64,000 nt of DNA, taken from an uncultured beta proteobacterium (GTDB lineage: Bacteria > Pseudomonadota > Gammaproteobacteria > Burkholderiales > SG8-39). The stretch is taken from positions 6,484 through 70,483 of the forward strand of contig CAIUKQ010000309.1 of the NCBI GenBank assembly GCA_903899705.1, read 5' to 3'. Made by a program: the position numbers and the translations under genes. This document shows, in pieces, positions 26,885-35,243 of this stretch. The first letter of the stretch is position 1; each line of letters starts with the position of its first letter. A model generated the notes under the pieces. That model did not search any database, was not told the origin of the DNA, and was given only the letters and a program-made list of their open reading frames with translations.

Positions 26885-27603
26885 ACGATCGCCTTGAAAT
26901 TCTCGGTGAAATGGGGCTGGCGCCGGTCTGGCGCCTAAGGCCGCGCGAGGCATCTTCTGCACCCAAAGGCGCTGCAGCGAGCGAACGGACTTTGGAGAGC
27001 GCCATGCCGGCGACCGGCGAACGCGCCAAGCGGATTGCCCGGATGACGCTCGACCAGCTCAAGTTGGAAGTCCGAAATTGCACGGCCTGCGGACTGTGCA
27101 AGACGCGCAACCAGACGGTCTTTGGCGTCGGCAATGAAACCGCCGACTGGATGATCGTGGGCGAGGCGCCGGGCGCCGAGGAGGATTCGCGAGGCGAACC
27201 CTTTGTGGGGCAGGCCGGAAAGCTCCTCGACAACATGCTCGCGGCCCTCAAGCTCTCCCGAGACAAAAACGTCTACATCGCGAATGTTCTCAAATGCCGC
27301 CCCCCGGGCAATCGCAATCCCGAGCCCGAAGAGGTTGCGCAATGCGCGCCGCTGCTGGAACGCCAGATCCAGCTGGTGCAGCCCAAACTGATCATTGCCA
27401 TGGGCCGGTTCGCGGCGCAGACGCTGCTGAATTCCGACGCGACCATCGCGAGCATGCGAGGAAAGCTTTATCGATACCAGGGTGTCCCGACCATTGTCAG
27501 TTACCACCCGGCGTATCTGTTGCGCAATCTGCAGGACAAGGCCAAGGCCTGGGAAGACCTGTGTTTTGCAAAGGCCACCATGGCCGCGGACAAACCGGAT
27601 TGA
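26881..27603 (+). CDS. uracil-DNA glycosylase, family 4
   Basis: CTACGLC, MIVGEAPGAEED..GEPFVGQAG, NVLKCRPPGNR, YHPAYLLR. Confidence 0.88.
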   Translation: MNDRLEILGEMGLAPVWRLRPREASSAPKGAAASERTLESAMPATGERAKRIARMTLDQLKLEVRNCTACGLCKTRNQTVFGVGNETADWMIVGEAPGAEEDSRGEPFVGQAGKLLDNMLAALKLSRDKNVYIANVLKCRPPGNRNPEPEEVAQCAPLLERQIQLVQPKLIIAMGRFAAQTLLNSDATIASMRGKLYRYQGVPTIVSYHPAYLLRNLQDKAKAWEDLCFAKATMAADKPD

Positions 27604-27621
27604 TGCCGCCGCGAATCAGCC

Positions 27622-27650
27622 TTGTAATATCCGTTTAACAGCCCCATATT
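27622..27650 (+). promoter_or_regulatory. candidate sigma70 promoter for lemA operon (TTGTAA-N17-CATATT)
   Basis: Hexamers at 27622-27627 and 27645-27650 with an exact 17-nt spacer. GGGAGAG SD before ATG 27684. Confidence 0.35.
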
Positions 27651-27683
27651 TGGGCATAACTTGTCTCAACGGGAGAGAAGCAC

Positions 27684-28331
27684 ATGTCCGCGATTAAATA
27701 CCTGGTTCTGACCATGCTGGTTGCGGTGCTGGGTGGCTGCGGTTACAACGATATTCAGAGGGAAGACGAGGCCGTCAAGTCGGCGTGGTCCGAAGTGTTG
27801 AACCAGTACCAGCGCCGCGCAGATCTCGTTCCGAATCTGGTCAACACTGTCAAGGGTTTCGCGGCACAGGAGCAGCAGGTGCTGAGTGCGGTTGTCGAGG
27901 CGCGTTCACGCGTGGGCAGCATCCAGGCGACGCCGGAACTGGTGAATGACCCTGAAGCTTTCAAGCGGTTCCAGGATGCGCAAGCCGGTATGTCCAGCGC
28001 ATTGTCGCGGCTGTTGGTGGTGACCGAAAACTATCCCATCCTGAAATCGGATCAGAATTTCCGCGACCTGCAGGCTCAACTGGAGGGCACCGAGAACCGG
28101 ATTACCGTGGCCCGCAACCGGTTCATCAAGGCGGTTCAGACCTATAACGTCCTCGTTCGCCAATTCCCGGTCAACCTGACGGCCATGATGTTCAGCTACG
28201 GAACCAAGGCCAATTTCAGCGTGGAAAACGAGCAGGCGATTGCGAAGCCGTCGACGGTAAGTTTCGACAAGGCCGCGCCGGCACAGGCAGCCAGTCCCGC
28301 GCCCACGGCGCCGGTTGCGCCGGTCAAGTAG
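27684..28331 (+). CDS. lemA: LemA family lipoprotein
   Basis: Lipobox LGGC. WSEVLNQYQRRADLVPNLV, YPILKSDQNFRDLQAQLEGTENRI. Confidence 0.88.
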   Translation: MSAIKYLVLTMLVAVLGGCGYNDIQREDEAVKSAWSEVLNQYQRRADLVPNLVNTVKGFAAQEQQVLSAVVEARSRVGSIQATPELVNDPEAFKRFQDAQAGMSSALSRLLVVTENYPILKSDQNFRDLQAQLEGTENRITVARNRFIKAVQTYNVLVRQFPVNLTAMMFSYGTKANFSVENEQAIAKPSTVSFDKAAPAQAASPAPTAPVAPVK

Positions 28332-28334
28332 GTC

Positions 28335-29189
28335 ATGCAATTCCGCCTGATCGGCCTACGCGCGCTGGGCCTGGCGGGATTGTTCGCATGCAGCGCGGTG
28401 TTTGCCGAAGTTGAGGTTGCCGTTCCGCCACTCACCGGCGCGCTGGTCGATCGCACCGGCACCCTGTCCGCACAGGATGTGCGCGCCATTGATACCGATC
28501 TGAAGGCCTTTGCCCAGCGAAAGGGCAGCCAGGTCGCGGTCCTGATGGTGCCCAGCACGAAGCCGGAAACCATCGAACAATATTCATTCCGCGTTGCGGA
28601 AGCCTGGAAAATCGGGCGCGCGAAGGTCGATGACGGTGTGATTCTGGTGATTGCCAAGGACGATCGGACCCTGAGAATTGAGGTGGGCTATGGTCTGGAG
28701 GGGGCTATTCCCGATGCGATTGCAAAGCGGGTCATTAGCGAGGAGATTGCCCCGCGCTTTCGCTCAGGCGATTTTGCGGGGGGCATACGCAGCGGAGTGA
28801 CGACACTGATGAAGCTGGTCGATGGCGAAAAATTGCCGGCGCCGGAGTTTGCCGGATCACATGGCAATGATCCGGACATCGGTGTTCTGCTGGTCCCCCT
28901 CTTTGTCGCAGTCGCGATCGGCAGCGTGCTGGTTGGCTTGCTGGGGCGCTTCGCGGGATCGGCCACCGTGGGCATTGGCTTTGGCGTGGTGGCATGGTGG
29001 ATCATGGGCAGCCTGATTGCAGCGCTCCTGGGATCGTTGGTGGCATTTCTACTGGTGCTGGTCAACGGACTCGGGGGTGGCAGTCGCTTCAGCGGGGGGG
29101 GCGGCAGTTGGGGCGGTGGCAGTTCGGGTGGCGGATTCAGCGGAGGCGGCGGCAGCTTCGGCGGCGGCGGGGCCTCGGGGAACTGGTGA
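28335..29189 (+). CDS. TPM-domain protein (YgcG-like) with TM segment and Gly-rich tail
   Basis: LTGALVDRTGTLS, QVAVLMVPS, DDGVILVIAKDDRTLRIEVGYGLE. C-terminal GGGSRFSGGGGSWGGGSSGGGFSGGGGSFGGGG. Confidence 0.85.
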   Translation: MQFRLIGLRALGLAGLFACSAVFAEVEVAVPPLTGALVDRTGTLSAQDVRAIDTDLKAFAQRKGSQVAVLMVPSTKPETIEQYSFRVAEAWKIGRAKVDDGVILVIAKDDRTLRIEVGYGLEGAIPDAIAKRVISEEIAPRFRSGDFAGGIRSGVTTLMKLVDGEKLPAPEFAGSHGNDPDIGVLLVPLFVAVAIGSVLVGLLGRFAGSATVGIGFGVVAWWIMGSLIAALLGSLVAFLLVLVNGLGGGSRFSGGGGSWGGGSSGGGFSGGGGSFGGGGASGNW

Positions 29190-29190
29190 C

Positions 29191-29688
29191 ATGGGCGCGA
29201 TACGCTGGTTGAAACATCTTTGCGCGGCGGATTGGCTGCGATGGCGGCAGTTTCCGCGGCCCGTGCTTGCAGCCATCGGGCAAGTCGTCGGGGAGCAGGA
29301 GAAGCGACACGATGGCGAGCTTCGCTTCGTCGTGGAGGGGGGGCTGTCGCCCGCCCGCCTTTTCCGCGGAATGCATTCGCGCGCGCGGGCGGTGGAGTTG
29401 TTTGGCGTCTTGCGTGTATGGGATACCGAGCACAACAGCGGCGTGCTGATATACGTCCTGCTTGCCGACCGCGCCGTTGAAATTCTTGCTGATCGCGGCA
29501 TACAGGCGTGTGTGGGCAATCCGGTCTGGGAACGCATCTGCGGGGAAATGCGTGGGCATTTTTCCGCCGGTGAATTCGAATTGGGATCTGCCCATGGAAT
29601 TCGTGCCATCAGCGACGTACTGGCTGCGCATTTTCCGGCGGTCGGGAGCAATCCCAACGAATTGCCGGACAAGCCGCTGGTGCTGTGA
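29191..29688 (+). CDS. TPM-domain protein (second, cytoplasmic-type)
   Basis: GELRFVVEGGL..WDTEHNSGVLIYVLLADRAVEILADRGI. ATG 29191 lies 1 nt after the previous stop. Confidence 0.8.
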   Translation: MGAIRWLKHLCAADWLRWRQFPRPVLAAIGQVVGEQEKRHDGELRFVVEGGLSPARLFRGMHSRARAVELFGVLRVWDTEHNSGVLIYVLLADRAVEILADRGIQACVGNPVWERICGEMRGHFSAGEFELGSAHGIRAISDVLAAHFPAVGSNPNELPDKPLVL

Positions 29689-29712
29689 TCAGCCGGCCGG
29701 CTCAGCCCGCGA

Positions 29713-31014
29713 TCATTCCAGCGGTTTTTCCATGCCGATCAGGTGCAGTGAATCGGCCTTCAGCTGATTGCGGCGGTGAAGGCGCATCACCATCCAGGTC
29801 GCGCCGGACAGGAAGAGTCCAAACAGCACGATGATGGCGTTGATGTGCAGTTCCTGCCCGACCATGAAGGAATAAAGCGCCAGCATGATCAGGATCGACG
29901 TGTTTTCGTTGAAATTCTGGACTGCGATCGAATGTCCCGCGGAGAGCAGCACGTGACCGCGATGCTGCAGCAGTGCGTTCATCGGCACCACGAAAAAGCC
30001 CGCCAACGCACCGATGAAAATCAACAAGGCATAGACCAGCGGAAGCCAGGTGACGGCGATCATCGCGATCACCACCAGCCCCATGGCGACTCCGGCGGGC
30101 AGGACATTGAGCGATTTCTTGAGGGGAATGAATCGGGCGGCAAATACGGCGCCCATCGCCACACCAACCGCGGTCATGCCCTGCAGGATCGCCGCCTTGT
30201 CCAGCGCGAGGCCGAGGTGCTTGTCCGCCCAGGCAAGAACGATGAACTGGAGTGTGGCCCCGGCGCCCCAGAAAAGCGTCGTAATTGAAAGCGATATCTG
30301 CCCGAGCTTGTCCTTCCATAGCGTGCTGAAGCAATGCGCGAATTCGCTGACCTGCCGAACGGGGTTGCGGGTCTGCGTTTCGTAGCGCACGCCGGTATCT
30401 GGAATGAAAAGGTTGAAGGCCGCGGCTATGATGTAGCTGAGGGCGATGATGGGGATCGCGGCCTCGGCCGGCGTATCGATGCCGGTGTCCAGGTGGGGAA
30501 TGTCAATGGACAGCAGGACGTTGGAAATTCGCGGACTGATAAGCGCACCGCCCAGCACCGTGCCCAGGATGATGGAGGTCACAGTCAGACCCTCGATCCA
30601 TCCATTGGCGAGAACGAGTTGCCGTGCAGGCAGCAATTCGGTCAGGATGCCGTATTTGGCCGGTGAGTAGGCGGCGGCACCCATTCCGACAAGGCCATAG
30701 GACATGAGCACCCAGATATCGGAACGGACGCCCAGCGTGCCCGCACTGGCGTAGAAAAACATCATCATGCAGCCGCATACCTTGATGGTGTTGGTGATGA
30801 ACATCACCTTGCCCTTGGGCAGAGAGTCGGCGAACGCCCCGACAAAAGGCGCGAGCAGCACGTAGGAAACCGTGAAAAAGAACTTCAGCAGCGGCGTCAT
30901 CCATGCCGGGCCCTGCATCTCCATCAGCAGGGCGATCGACGCGATGAGCAACGCATTGTCGGCAAGCGAACTGAAAAATTGCGCCGCCATGATGGTGTAG
31001 AAGCCGCGCTTCAT
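29713..31014 (-). CDS. lplT: lysophospholipid transporter LplT (MFS)
   Basis: 433 aa, 12-TM-like. IMAAQFFSSLADNALLIA N-terminus as in LplT. An in-frame stop 8 codons upstream fixes the start at or after 31014. Confidence 0.8.
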   Translation of the reverse strand: MKRGFYTIMAAQFFSSLADNALLIASIALLMEMQGPAWMTPLLKFFFTVSYVLLAPFVGAFADSLPKGKVMFITNTIKVCGCMMMFFYASAGTLGVRSDIWVLMSYGLVGMGAAAYSPAKYGILTELLPARQLVLANGWIEGLTVTSIILGTVLGGALISPRISNVLLSIDIPHLDTGIDTPAEAAIPIIALSYIIAAAFNLFIPDTGVRYETQTRNPVRQVSEFAHCFSTLWKDKLGQISLSITTLFWGAGATLQFIVLAWADKHLGLALDKAAILQGMTAVGVAMGAVFAARFIPLKKSLNVLPAGVAMGLVVIAMIAVTWLPLVYALLIFIGALAGFFVVPMNALLQHRGHVLLSAGHSIAVQNFNENTSILIMLALYSFMVGQELHINAIIVLFGLFLSGATWMVMRLHRRNQLKADSLHLIGMEKPLE

Positions 31015-31018
31015 GCCT

Positions 31019-31075
31019 TCATGTCTTCCGATATCTTATTGCGGCCAACCGGTTGGTCGAACCATTCCCAGCCAT
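31019..31075 (-). CDS. candidate 18-codon upstream ORF (leader peptide) of lplT
   Basis: ATG 31075 is preceded by AGGAGG (31089-31084) at 8-nt spacing. Encodes MAGNGSTNRLAAIRYRKT. TGA stop ends 4 nt before the lplT ATG. Below the ORF-track size cutoff. Confidence 0.3.
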   Translation of the reverse strand: MAGNGSTNRLAAIRYRKT

Positions 31076-31089
31076 TTCTGTTTCCTCCT

Positions 31090-31114
31090 GATCGCGTCGC
31101 TTTGCGTCGCGATC
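31090..31114 (-). promoter_or_regulatory. leader hairpin abutting the uORF Shine-Dalgarno
   Basis: Minus-strand RNA GAUCGCG-A-CGC-AAA-GCG-A-CGCGAUC (7 + 3 bp, one A/A mismatch), immediately 5' of AGGAGG. Confidence 0.4.
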
Positions 31115-31149
31115 CTGCACCGTATCGTCGGTGCTTTTCAGAGTGCGGC

Positions 31150-31158
31150 TTTATACCA
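31150..31158 (-). promoter_or_regulatory. extended -10 promoter element TGGTATAAA for the lplT leader
   Basis: Minus strand reads TGG-TATAAA. This would place the transcription start just upstream of the hairpin. Confidence 0.35.
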
Positions 31159-31300
31159 TGGCCGCGTGAACAAATGGCTACCAAAATGCCCGGCGAAGCG
31201 CGACCCGGACCCCGATGCGTGTGCGGATTCGGGCATGGAACCGGTGCCGCGCGGGTTTTGTCAAGTGGCCGTGCCCCTGTAGATGTGTTTGAATCGCCCG

Positions 31301-32368
31301 ATGAGACCGATTCAGGCAAAAATCGACTTGAGCGCGCTGCGTGGCAATCTCGAATTGCTGAGAAGGCACGCGGGCGATGCACGAATATGGGGCATTGCCA
31401 AGGCCGATGCCTACGGCCACGGGCTCGCCAGGATTCAGCACGCGCTTGCCGCGGCTGACGGGCTGGCGCTGCTGGAACTGGACGCGGCGATTGCCGCGCG
31501 GGATCGGGGCTGGGCCAAACCCATACTCCTGCTGGAAGGATTTTTTGAACCCTCCGAGCTCGAATGGTTCGCTCAGCATCGGCTGACTGCCGTGGTCCAT
31601 CAGGAAGAGCAGATTGCGATGCTCCAATCGGCGCGCATCGGCGCCCCGATTGACGTCTACCTCAAAGTGAATTCGGGAATGAACCGGCTGGGATTCACCG
31701 GTTCCGGTACGCGGGCGGCGCTTGAGCGGTTGCGCGCCACCGCAAAGGTATCGAAAGTCACCCTGATGACGCATTTCGCAGACGCGGACGGGGATCGCGG
31801 CGTGGAGGAACAGTCGAAGGCATTCGACGAACTGGTCAGGACGCTGGGTTTGCCATCGAGCAGCGCCAATTCCGCGGCGCTTCTGCGGTATCCGCACACC
31901 CATGGCGATTGGGTGCGGCCGGGCATATTCCTTTATGGTTGCTCGCCGTTTCCAGAGCAAAGCGCACAGTCCCTGGGGGCTCGTCCCGTAATGACGCTGG
32001 GGAGCCGCATTATTGCGGTTCAGTCCGTGGAGCAGGGCGCCAGAGTGGGTTACTCCGGCACTTTCATCGCGCCGCGCCCCATGCGGATCGGAGTGGTTGC
32101 CTGCGGGTATGCGGATGGATATCCGCGCCATGCGCCAGCCGGAACGCCTGTATTGGTCAATGGCGTGCGCACGCAAACTCTGGGAAGGGTGTCCATGGAC
32201 ATGCTTTTTGTCAATCTCGACAATGTTGCCGATGCGGGTGTGGGGAGCGAGGTCACCCTGTGGGGCGAGGGACTCTCTGCCGATGAGGTGGCCGCTAGTG
32301 CGGGAACCGTGAGTTACGAATTGCTCTGCGGTCTTGCGGCGCGCGTACCGGTGACGGTGGTCGGCTGA
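31301..32368 (+). CDS. alr: alanine racemase
   Basis: MRPIQAKIDLSALRGNL..AKADAYGHG (PLP-Lys motif). ATG 31301 preferred to 31283. Confidence 0.9.
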   Translation: MRPIQAKIDLSALRGNLELLRRHAGDARIWGIAKADAYGHGLARIQHALAAADGLALLELDAAIAARDRGWAKPILLLEGFFEPSELEWFAQHRLTAVVHQEEQIAMLQSARIGAPIDVYLKVNSGMNRLGFTGSGTRAALERLRATAKVSKVTLMTHFADADGDRGVEEQSKAFDELVRTLGLPSSSANSAALLRYPHTHGDWVRPGIFLYGCSPFPEQSAQSLGARPVMTLGSRIIAVQSVEQGARVGYSGTFIAPRPMRIGVVACGYADGYPRHAPAGTPVLVNGVRTQTLGRVSMDMLFVNLDNVADAGVGSEVTLWGEGLSADEVAASAGTVSYELLCGLAARVPVTVVG

Positions 32369-33729
32369 TGGCCCGCGTCAAAACCAATTACTCCTGCACG
32401 GAGTGCGGCGCCATATCCAACAAGTGGCAGGGCCAATGCGCGAGTTGCAGTGCCTGGAATACGCTGGTCGAGTCGATTGCCGAGGCGCCTGCGGGAGAGC
32501 GCCACCGCTTCGCCGGCCTTGCCAAGGCTTCGAATCTGCAACTACTCTCGGAGGTCAGCGCCAGGGACGCGCCGCGCGTGCCCACCGGCATTGGCGAGTT
32601 TGATCGCGTGCTGGGCGGCGGCATGGTCGCCGGTCAGGTGATTCTGATCGGTGGTGATCCCGGCGTTGGCAAATCAACCCTGCTGCTGCAGGCCATGGCC
32701 CAAATGAGCGCCTCGCACCTGGCGGTTTATGTGAGCGGCGAGGAATCCGCGGAACAGGTTGCGCTGCGCGCGCAACGGCTGGCCCTGGCTCCCGGCGAGA
32801 TGCAGTTGCTGGCGGAAATACAGCTCGAACGAATTCTCTCGGCGCTGGAGAAGGCCAAGCCCGAGATTGCGGTGATTGATTCGATCCAGACGCTGTACTC
32901 CGAGCAGCTCACTTCCGCACCGGGGTCGGTGGCGCAGGTTCGCGAATGCGTGGCTCAACTCGCACGCTATGCCAAGCAGTCGGGGACGGTGATCGTTCTG
33001 GTGGGGCATGTCACCAAGGAGGGAGCGCTTGCCGGGCCCCGCGTGGTCGAGCACATTGTCGATACGGTTCTTTATTTCGAGGGCGACACCCACCAGAGTT
33101 TCCGGCTTGTGCGGGCTTTCAAGAACCGCTTCGGCGCGGTGAATGAACTGGGCGTCTTCGCCATGACCGACAAGGGGCTGCGCGGCGTGGCCAACCCCTC
33201 GGCGTTGTTTCTCTCCCAGCATTCGGGGGATGTGGCCGGTTCCTGCATTCTGGTGACCCAGGAAGGTACTCGCCCCCTGCTGGTGGAGATTCAGGCGTTG
33301 GTGGACAACTCGCACGCGCCCAATCCGCGCCGCCTGTCAGTGGGGCTGGAACAGAACCGCCTGGCGATGCTGCTGGCGGTTTTGAACCGGCACGCGGGCA
33401 TTGCCTGTCACGATCAGGACGTATTCGTCAACGCGGTGGGCGGGGTGCGCATCAGCGAGCCGGCGGCGGACTTGGCGGTGCTCCTCGCGATCGTCTCCTC
33501 CCTCACCAACCGGCCGCTGCCCGGCAAGCTCGCGGTCTTCGGCGAAGTCGGGCTGGCGGGCGAGGTGCGGCCTGCGCCGCGAGGTCAGGATCGATTGCGG
33601 GAAGCGGCAAAGCTGGGCTTCACGCAGGCTATCATTCCGATGGCCAACAAGCCGCGGCAGAAGGTCGACGGAATCGAAATCATTGCTGTGGACCGTGTTG
33701 CCGATGCCCTGGCGCGTTTTCGCGGCTAG
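32368..33729 (+). CDS. radA: DNA repair protein RadA
   Basis: Zn-ribbon YSCTECGAISNKWQGQCASC, Walker A GGDPGVGKST, KNRFG motif, Lon-like C-terminal domain. Confidence 0.95.
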   Translation: MARVKTNYSCTECGAISNKWQGQCASCSAWNTLVESIAEAPAGERHRFAGLAKASNLQLLSEVSARDAPRVPTGIGEFDRVLGGGMVAGQVILIGGDPGVGKSTLLLQAMAQMSASHLAVYVSGEESAEQVALRAQRLALAPGEMQLLAEIQLERILSALEKAKPEIAVIDSIQTLYSEQLTSAPGSVAQVRECVAQLARYAKQSGTVIVLVGHVTKEGALAGPRVVEHIVDTVLYFEGDTHQSFRLVRAFKNRFGAVNELGVFAMTDKGLRGVANPSALFLSQHSGDVAGSCILVTQEGTRPLLVEIQALVDNSHAPNPRRLSVGLEQNRLAMLLAVLNRHAGIACHDQDVFVNAVGGVRISEPAADLAVLLAIVSSLTNRPLPGKLAVFGEVGLAGEVRPAPRGQDRLREAAKLGFTQAIIPMANKPRQKVDGIEIIAVDRVADALARFRG

Positions 33730-33794
33730 GTATTTCGGGCCTGATGTGGTCGGATAATGCGATCCCCGGCGGGCACTTTTGTACTTTAATCACA

Positions 33795-33807
33795 TAAATT
33801 ATTGATT
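33795..33807 (-). promoter_or_regulatory. IHF-consensus match inside an AT-rich island
   Basis: Minus strand AATCAATAATTTA fits WATCAANNNNTTR. Shares the 11-mer ATTGATTATTA with the kup-upstream palindrome. Abuts the M20 peptidase ATG. Confidence 0.3.
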
Positions 33808-33812
33808 ATTAT

Positions 33813-35228
33813 ATGAAAAAAAGCATCGCTTGCGCATTGGTTGCGACACTTCAGGTAATCTCCCCGGCTGTTTTCGCACAGCAGGCCACGCCAGGCCCCA
33901 TGCAACTTCAGTTGCGGGATGTTTATCGCGAACTGGTGGAAATTAACACCACCGACTCTTCCGGGAGTTGCACGGATGCAGCGCGGGCAATGGGTGAGCG
34001 CCTTCGTAAGGCCGGCCTGGCCGACACCGATGTCCAGGTGCTGGTCCCTCCCGGCGCGCCGAAGAAGGGAAATCTGGTCGCCCGGTTTCGCGGGACCGGG
34101 GCGAAAAAGCCCCTGCTGCTGCTCGCGCACATCGACGTGGTGGAGGCCAAGCGCGAAGACTGGAAGCGCGATCCATTCAAGCTGGTTGAAGAAGACGGCC
34201 ACTTCTATGCGCGGGGTGCGGCCGATGACAAAGCCATGGCGGCCGCGTTCGTCGCGAATCTGATGCGGTTCCGGTCCGAGAAGTACCGCCCCGACCGCGA
34301 TGTCGTGCTGGCGCTGACCTGCGACGAGGAAATCATTCCGTCTCCGGCCAACGGCGTCGAATACCTGCTTAAAAACCATCGGGCACTTCTGGATGCCGAA
34401 CTCGCCCTCAACGAAGGTGGCGGCGGCCAGTTGGACAAGAGCGGTAAGCGTGTTCGCATGACCATTCAGGCCGGCGAAAAGGTTTTTCAGAGCTACCGGC
34501 TGGAAGTGACCAATCCGGGCGGGCACAGTGCGCAACCGCGCAAAGACAATGCCCTGTACGACCTTGCAAGGGGACTGGCACGACTGGGTGACTTCGATTT
34601 TCCGGCGAAGCTGCTGCCGGTGACCAGAGCCAGCTTCGCGCGCATGGCCGACATTCTGGGCGGGCCAGTCGGACAGGATCTGAAGTTGGTTGCAGGTGAT
34701 CCGCCGGATGTTGAAGCGATTGCGCGACTTTCACGTAATCCCTCGTACAACGCGCAATTGCGCACCACCTGCGTTGCGACCATGGCCGATGCAGGCGAGG
34801 CTACCAATGCCCTGCCGCAGCGCGCCCGGGCAGTGGTCAACTGTCGCGTGCTGCCCGGCGAATCGGTGGCCGAGGTCACCAGCACCCTCGTGCGGGTGCT
34901 CGACAATGAGCGCATCACGGTGACGCCGATGGGCGAGGCGGTGCTTTCGCCCCCGGCCCCGCTCGATGAGCGCATTTTGGGCCCGGTGAAAGCCGTGTCC
35001 GATGCCATGTGGCCGGGCGTGCCTCTGGTGGCCACCATGTCGGCTGGCGCCACCGACTCGCGCTTTCTCAACAATGCGGGCATTCCGACATACGGTGTCA
35101 GCGGCATGTTCAACGAATCCGAATCCGCGGGCGTGCATGCATTGAATGAACGACTGCCGGTTCGCTCGCTTTATGAAGGTCAGGAATTTCTTTACCGGCT
35201 GGTGAAGACGCTGGCCGGCGGACGCTGA
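33813..35228 (+). CDS. M20-family metallopeptidase (secreted)
   Basis: Signal peptide MKKSIACALVATLQVISPAVFA. LLLLAHIDVV, GRGAADDK-like (ARGAADDKAM), NEGGGG. Confidence 0.85.
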   Translation: MKKSIACALVATLQVISPAVFAQQATPGPMQLQLRDVYRELVEINTTDSSGSCTDAARAMGERLRKAGLADTDVQVLVPPGAPKKGNLVARFRGTGAKKPLLLLAHIDVVEAKREDWKRDPFKLVEEDGHFYARGAADDKAMAAAFVANLMRFRSEKYRPDRDVVLALTCDEEIIPSPANGVEYLLKNHRALLDAELALNEGGGGQLDKSGKRVRMTIQAGEKVFQSYRLEVTNPGGHSAQPRKDNALYDLARGLARLGDFDFPAKLLPVTRASFARMADILGGPVGQDLKLVAGDPPDVEAIARLSRNPSYNAQLRTTCVATMADAGEATNALPQRARAVVNCRVLPGESVAEVTSTLVRVLDNERITVTPMGEAVLSPPAPLDERILGPVKAVSDAMWPGVPLVATMSAGATDSRFLNNAGIPTYGVSGMFNESESAGVHALNERLPVRSLYEGQEFLYRLVKTLAGGR

Positions 35229-35243
35229 GCAAGTCCTGAAAAT

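Noticed and set aside
29080-29185. Repetitive GGC/GGT-rich DNA that might look like a tandem repeat or CRISPR-like periodicity.
   Set aside because: It is in-frame coding low complexity (the GGGS/F tail of the TPM-domain protein). There are no spacer-repeat structure and no cas genes.
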